Both the position numbers and the translations under genes were made by a program. Shown one piece after another: positions 34,601 through 41,665 of a stretch of DNA of 41,665 bases. The notes beneath the pieces were generated by a model. That model was not told the DNA's origin and made no database searches. It worked only from the letters and a program-made list of their open reading frames with translations. Numbering within the stretch: the stretch's first letter is position 1; each line of letters opens with the position of its first letter. Source of the DNA: Rhizaria sp. SCN 62-66 (Eukaryota); the NCBI GenBank assembly GCA_001724265.1, contig MEDY01000274.1:1-41665 (forward strand), written 5' to 3'.

Positions 34601-37600
34601 ACGCCTCCAGCAGCAACAGCAGCAGTTTGGCCAGAGGTCGTCACATGCGCAGCTGCTTCCGGCGTCACGGGGCCAGACCCGCGCCCGCTCGTCGTCGTTT
34701 GTCGGCACCACACTGAGCCCGATCATGTCCGCGCCCAACAGCGCGGACACCACCGCAGCCACCACCGCAGCCGCGGCCGCCGCCACAGCCGCCGCCACGG
34801 CCACGGCATCACCGCCGACTGGAGCAGCGGCGGCGGCGAGGGCGGGGACGGGGGCAGAGCCGCCAGCGACTCCGGGCAAGCGGCAGGCTGAGGCGGTGGC
34901 GGCGGCGGTGCTTTCGAGCCGCCGCCGGTCCAACACGGTCTCTGACTGGTCGCCGCCGTCTGCGGTCACAGGCAACACGGCCACCGCTGCTGTAGTCACG
35001 GCAAGAACGGTGAATGTCGGCACCGCGGGTGCGATGGCTGCGCTGGGCATGTCGCCGCTGTGCAGTCAAACATCTTCTATCGCGCTCGTAGTCCAGCAAC
35101 AACAACAGCTAGCACAGCAGCAACAGCTTTCGCAGCAGCAGCAGCAGTGGGGCTCGCCGGCCCGTGGCAATTCGTCTTCATCGCCGCACCAACAGCATTT
35201 CATGTTGCATCATCAGCAACAGCAGCAACAACAGCAAGGGGCTTACAGTACGCATGGTACGCCTGGCGAGATCAACGGTGTGAGGCTGAGTCAAATGCCG
35301 CCGACGCCGCCACTGCGCGCCGCCAAGACCGTCCAGCCCGCGATTGGTCACAATAACGTTAGTGGTGGCAACATCATCAGCACGAGTTTCAGTGCGAGCT
35401 CGAGAAGTCTGAGCGCAAGTCCTGGTAACAGCACCACGTTTGCGTTGCTGCAGCACCAGCAGTCGCCGTCGCCGTCACCGCCACTGTCACAAGGAGGGCC
35501 GCACTCGCGTCTCGCTCTCGCGCGCACTCTGCCGACGCCGTTGCCTCACAGCGTCGCCGCGGCGACGGCAACTGGAGCTGTTTCTGGTGGCACTGCTGTT
35601 GCTGGTGCTGATGATGCAGGGGCAAGAATGCAGTCGTCGCGGCTGCGCGCATCGTCAACAGCCTCGAGCACCAGCTCAGCGCCGACGCTCACGGTCACAC
35701 ACGCCAGCATGGGTACGACATTCGCGGCGCTGGCACTGGCTCCGCAGTCACTGTTGCACGCGCACTCGCACGCGCAGGCGCAGGCGCAGGCGCAGGCGCA
35801 GGCGCAGGCGCAGCACTCGCAGTTTCAGGCGCAGTCTGCGATGGGCGCTGCGTTGGCGCCGTCGATCGTCGGCACGCCTATCGGTACACCACCACCGGTA
35901 GTCCGCGGACCCACACTGATTGCCAACAACAGCAACAATAGCAATAACAGCAGCTACAACGGCAGCAATACCTTGGGCTCTGGCATTGGTGCACTTGGAA
36001 ATGCTACGACTGCGAATAGTACACTTGTAAGCAAGTCACCAGTGCCTGGTTTTAGCTTTGATTACCCGCCGTACGTTGTGCCAGGCTTCCACGCTGCTTT
36101 TGACAACAACAATAACGGCTACATCAACGCAACCGCGGCGACTAATCTCGAACACTCAGGCTCTGCCGCGTCATCGTCGTCTCTTAGTAGCAGTGCGATT
36201 GCTACTGCGGACAAGCCAGCTGACCTTGCAGCGTCGTCTGCAGTGACGGCGGATGCCGGCTCTGCAACGGCAGCGGTGGCGCTAGAACGCGTGGCGAGCG
36301 CGTCGACGCGTGCGCAGACGCCGCTGCAACAGCAGATCCTAGCCTCGGTTTATGCGTCACTGGCAGGCATCGCAGCGTCGCCCGCCGCCGCCAACGCTGC
36401 CGCCGCCAACGCTGCCGCCGCCGCCACTGGCGCGTCGCCGTTGCCACAGCAGCACCGGCAGCTCACAGTGTCATTGCACGATCAGCTCTTGCGCTCCCCT
36501 CTCGGTCAATTGCAGCATCAGCAGCAGCAGCCTGTAAAGTTTGCGAGTCTGCCGGGTGCGCTCCCGCAGACGCTCACAGGCAACATCGCAACTGCGACGG
36601 CGAATGCAGCTGGCGCAAGCGCATCGAGTCCAGAGAAGACGGGGCGGCCGCGTTCTATGTCCGTCTCCGTTGCATTCTCACCCAACTCCAACCACATCAC
36701 TGGCGGCAGCAACAGCAGCAGCAGCTCAAGCGCTAACAATGCTAGCGCTGCGCTTATCGGCGGCGCTGGCGTCTCGCCGCTGCTGCCGCTGCAGCCGCCG
36801 CTGTTGTCGCCGCCGCAGCTGCTCCCGCAGGCCACTCTCGGCGCACTGCCGCTGACGTCGCCGTTGATGCGCTCACCGTCGCTCACTGCGCACCTACAGC
36901 CTTTCTCAGTGACACCACAACAGCAGCAACCGCTGCTGCAGCAACAGCAGCAGCCGTTTGGCGCAAACCCCGGTGCTGCGTTGCTGTCCCCGCCGCATCT
37001 GCTGCCGCAGTCATCCTGGTTCACCCCGCAGCTTTCTGTGAACATGCCCTACTTGCAACAGCAGCAACAACAACTGCTGTCACAGCAGGCGCAGCTACAG
37101 TCGCAACATGCTGTCGCAGCTGAGCTTGCACTGTTACGCCGCCAGATGGCTTCGCTGGAGGCGCGTCTCTGCGCTGCCTTGCCGTCAATGGGCTCACTTG
37201 CTATGGGGTCATTGCCTCCAGCGTCATCAGTCTATGTGGCGACACCCGACCTTGGACCGCCTGTGTTCTCGCCGACCCTGTCTCAGTCTGCATTCGCGCC
37301 TGTGCCCGGTCTAGCTGCACAGCCGTCATTGTTGCCGCAGTCCCTGCTGTCAACCGGCGCTGGCACTGGCACGGGGATGTTTGAGTCAAGTGTCGTCACC
37401 GTCGGCGGCTGCGGCGTCAATGCCTGCGCCAGTGTCAGCAACAACAACAACAGCAGCGGCGCAGCGATGGCAACGCGTCGTGTCCCTGCAGCCACCCCCA
37501 ACGCCGCCACTGCAGGCCTCGCGACAATCACACCTGCAAGCACAAACGCAGTCGCGGTGCCGACTCAGCCCCACTCCAGTGCGCGTGCCGGCGGCGGCGG

Positions 37601-40600
37601 CCGCGTGCGCGCGCATCCCCACTGCAACGGCCACGGCCGCGGTTTGACCGGCGTCTGCACCGGCGGCGGCGGCTGTGGTGGCGGCGGCTGTGAGTCCGCG
37701 TGCTCGACGCCGACGCCACCGCCCGCAGCCGCGCTCGAGGACAGCGAGAGCGGCAGTGACCGCACGCACGGCCCGCACGACAGTGTCGATAGCGCGGCGT
37801 TTTCGCGCGCGCACACGGCGCTCTCGCAGCGCAGCGCAGCGCTGATGCTCTTGCAGCAACAGCAACAACAACAGCAAAACGAGCAAGTGCAGTATGGCGG
37901 TGTCATTGCGCCAGCTCACCACAGCGCTAAACCAAGCTCTGGTTCCGCCGCTGGCTCTTTCGCTGGCTCCGTGACTGGTACAGTTACGCGTGCAATGCGT
38001 GTGCGCATCATTAACCCGCGTTTGCCCTGTGACGACCTCATCGGCAGCCACACCCACAGCCGCAGTCACCGTCACGACCGCAACAGCAGCAGCAGCAGCG
38101 GCGGCGGCGGTGGCGGGCGCAGCGCGATGGCGGCGGCGACCGCGACGACAACAGCGGTGACGCGTGCGCAGGCAGGCGCGGTGGTTGCCCCGCCGACTGG
38201 CGCCAGGCACGCGCGCGTCAAGAGCAGCGCACACGTGTTCAGCCCGCGCATCCAGCCATCGCCGCGCACTCGCGGCGTCGACGAGAGTGACAGTGACACT
38301 ACGATCACCCCAGCTCAGCCTGGGCTCAGCGTCGACGTGAACAACACCACAGCAGCCCGCACCGGCACTGGCCACGGTGCCGATGCTAGCGGCGACAGCG
38401 ATGGTGGCGGCGGCGACGATGAAGACAGTGATGCGAGCAGTGGGACGCCGGTGACGCCGCCAGTGATCCCGCTAACCGCGCGCGTCGTGCGGCGCACACC
38501 GTGGCGCGCCGCAGTCGGCGGCGGCGGCGGCGTCCCTGGCAGCAGTGCTGCTCAGGGCTCAGCGGCGCCCTCAGTGGCTGCGGCTGCGGCTGGGACAGGG
38601 AGCCGGACTGCGACGCCGATGCCGGTGCCCGCGGCTGAGCCGCTGCATGACGCCGCCGCAGACGACGTTGTGCACGTTGTGCTGTGTGGCGCTGACGGCG
38701 CACGTTGCGATACCAACGACAACACCAATAACGCTTACCACGCACACGCACACGCTAGTATTGCAAACAACAACGGCGACGATATTGATACCTTGCCGCT
38801 GACAATGCACTTGACGGCGGCCTCTGAGGCTGCAACCGTGGCAGCAAACAGTCTCTGTGGCGTGTCTGCTGTAACAAGTGACCCTGCCGCTATCAATGAC
38901 GCAACTATGGCTCCTGCTGCGGTCACAGAGAGCGACCACGCCGTGCCGCTACCGCCGCCGCCGCAGCGTACATCTGCAAGCTCCCGTCTGACGCCTCTGT
39001 TCGTGCACACGCCCCATGGCCTCTACCCGAGTCCCGACACGGCTGCCACAGTCGCCGGCTCGGCCGCCGCGTGGTCAGCGCTCATGAACAGGCCCGACGC
39101 GCACCGCATTCTGGCCTCACCAGTGTCGCTCGCGACGCCGCGCACGGCGCACGCGGTCAAGACTGCGCTCAAAACCGCGGCTGCCGCCGCCGCTGCAGCG
39201 GACGTCACGCAGCAGTGTGGGGCGCGGCAAACAAACACGTCTGTGAGTGAGGTAACTGTGCAGGCAAATTCAGAAGTGCTGCAGGTGATTTCCGCTGGCG
39301 CTGGCACTGATAGCGAAGGATGCGGTGAGATGGCGCTTGGTGCGCTGCTTGAAACACCGCCCCAGAACCGTAACTGCGACACTGCAGACGGATACGACGG
39401 AATCACTGTGCAATCACAGTCTCAGCCCCAGTCGCAAACGCACTCGCAGGCGCAGTCGCAGGCGCAAGCACGGTCACGGGCTGATATTCTTATGGGGATT
39501 GGGATGAGCGCGTTTTCACCGAGCTCAACTGCTTTCGCGCCTGCACCTACCCTGACCGGTCCTGACATAGACATTGCGCTTAGTAGATTCGTGGCGCCTG
39601 GCAGTGCATGCGTGAGCTCCGCCGGCGCTGCGTCCTCAGTCCCTGCGTCAGACTGCACTGTGGCCGTGACCGTGGGCGACTCGGCTGTGGCCTTGCGTGT
39701 GTTGAGTCACAGTGACACCACAGCTGCGGCTGACAGCGGTGTGCAATCCAACGGCACCACTACTGCGACAGGCGTTGCGCGCGCGGCTGCAAATCCAGGC
39801 GGGCTTGTTCATAGCGGCAAGTTTGGACACGTGACAAGCTTTATCAGTAGCAGCAGTAGCAGCAGTCTGAGCGGCAGCAACAGTGCCGGCCGTTCATGGG
39901 GCGCGTCGCACAGTCACTCTGCGCAGCTCCAGCTGCAGTTGCCATCGCAGTCGTCGCAGATGCCACTGCCATATGCGCCGCTCTCGCACGCGTCGCCATC
40001 GTCCCGCGGCCGGTCTCCGCTGCCGCGCCACAGCATCGCGCTGATCTCACCCGTCACAGCCGTGACAGCCGTGACAGCCGCGACAGCAGTAACGGCTGGG
40101 ACGGCGCGGACGGGGCCGCAACCCAGCGCTGGTAGCAGCAACGACAGTGGCGGAATCGCTTCTGGAGGCAACATTAGCGGCTGTGCTGCGGTGTCGCCAG
40201 CTCAGACGCCACAGCTGCTGAGATGCGATGGATCCTCAGGTAACGGCGACGGCGACGATGGCTTGGCGCTGACGCGGCCCGGTAGCGGAATTGGCACGGC
40301 TGACACAGACACCAGCAGTATTGGCACTTGTGGTGACAACGCGGCGCAGTGGCGTCACAAGCGCTGCGACAACGCTGGTCGTGGCGGTGCCTCCGAGCTG
40401 CTGACACAAAGTCACAACGCTGCCGCTCGCGGTGGTTTACCGCTGCTCACAAGCACAGCGCGCGCGCTGCTGGCACGCGCACCCGGTGCGCGGTCTGGTC
40501 TCCCAGGCAGCGGGGGCCAGCACAGTCACAGCGTCAATGGCAGTCATAGCGGCGCCGGGGGCGGAGTGCTGCCGTTCAGGCGGCCGTCGTCAGCGGGCAC

Positions 40601-40817
40601 GAGCACGCTGCGCACGCAGCTATTGGCAAATGACACTGCTGTCATTGTCTCTGTGGGCGCCAGCAACGTGAGTCCTGGCAGTGATAATAGCGCGAAGACT
40701 GCGGCCGTGGCTGCTGGCGCTGGTGCTGGGGCCGACGCCAGCACTGCTGCTTCGGTGATAGTGGCCAAGGAAGGGCCAAAGCGTCAAGCGCCCACAAAGC
40801 CGCCCACAAGGTGGTGA
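31627..40817 (+). CDS. F-BAR (FCH)-domain protein with very long low-complexity C-terminal region, ~2,918 aa; 4 exons (31627-31725, 31841-32179, 32337-33005, 33168-40817)
   Basis: Three phase-0 GT-AG introns join the ORFs. The helical N-terminal part has F-BAR-like features: LIVAPTWEFYTAAQARRKRIE, ELPRQLRTLESIERARMELTTRSL, TKRWVMAHGPP. The remainder is Q/A/S/N-rich. The gene model is stronger than the domain call. Confidence 0.7.
35772..35813 (+). repeat. perfect coding hexanucleotide microsatellite (GCGCAG)7 encoding (AQ)7
   Basis: Seven perfect units counted in the sequence. Confidence 0.9.
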
Positions 40818-41451
40818 CGCAAGAACGAACCCATGTAAGATTTCGAGTTATTTCTTGAAGGCGTTGTATTCTAAGTGACTTGGTATTTTCCAACCAGTTG
40901 TGAGTCTTGAAATTACGGCTAGTAGTAGGTTCGAACACGACTTCTGGGATATATCTCTACTTCATCTGAAGACCGGTTAAAGTCCACATATCATTTTTAA
41001 AGCAGTTTATAGTACGATTATGTTAATCAAAAAAAGAAGTGATTTTCCACTCAAGTTGCGATATTGGGAAATCATGATAGTTCTCCAGTTCTGATTAGGA
41101 CAGATACATTATTTTCACGTACTTACGAATTTGCTTCTAACAAATTGTTCAAACCAAGAACATATTAAGGAATCTTAAGGCTCAAAGACAGACGGATACG
41201 GTTAGAAAACGTTTGAAATAGAAGCGATGTGTCCATATGTAGTACGTACACATAAGTTATGTGAACGGCCACAAACATCCAATAAGATTGTTCAAATATG
41301 CATTTGAAAGCTGGATTTAGGTTAAATTTACAGTACATATTAATAAGTACGTAGTATATAAAACAAATAAAATACTCACGAACACACATTAAGAGTGAAA
41401 CGGCCATCTGTATTGACAGTCGCACAAGCTTCATTCCATAAAGTACTCTGT

Positions 41452-41477
41452 CCGTAACCTACTACCGTAACCTACGA
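41452..41477. repeat. 13-bp imperfect tandem duplication
   Basis: ccgtaacctacta followed by ccgtaacctacga. Confidence 0.65.
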
Positions 41478-41665
41478 CTAGTATTGCAAAAATATCACTA
41501 ACTATGGTAAACGCATAACTATAAAATAAATCTCCAACAATGAAAAGTACGAATGTCTTAATCACGTCCTTAAAAATAAACAAATTATAAACAAAATATT
41601 AACAACGTTTAAGAATCCAGATCAATCAGCAAAATGGCACAGGTTTCATACGCGTGTCAACTCCA

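Noticed and set aside
40900-40945. GGTTCGAAC resembling a tRNA T-loop / B-box
   Set aside because: Flanks do not form a T-stem or cloverleaf.

Overview
Compact genomic DNA from a eukaryote, most likely a flagellated protist: GC-rich, Ala-rich exons are separated by AT-rich GT-AG introns of about 100-200 bp and short intergenic spacers. I read eight complete genes plus the 3' end of a ninth. They are: a very divergent DNA polymerase theta (POLQ)-like gene with one in-frame TAG and a degenerate polymerase domain; a small orphan gene; PRP3; eIF3j; a probable Mis12; LRRC23; a ~2,600-aa predicted secreted protein; and a ~2,900-aa F-BAR protein with a huge low-complexity tail. The best candidate for an undescribed system is the secreted giant protein (23095-31196). 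It appears to consist of about ten cryptic Cys-flanked EF-hand-like modules, carries recurrent SFLE/SLLE-type motifs resembling secretory-protease maturation sites, and ends in an amphipathic plus CxxC/Tyr-rich domain. I infer that it may be a Ca2+-responsive extrusome or secretory-granule polyprotein. No rRNA, tRNA, CRISPR or convincing transposon was seen. All family calls are motif recognition by eye, not database searches.
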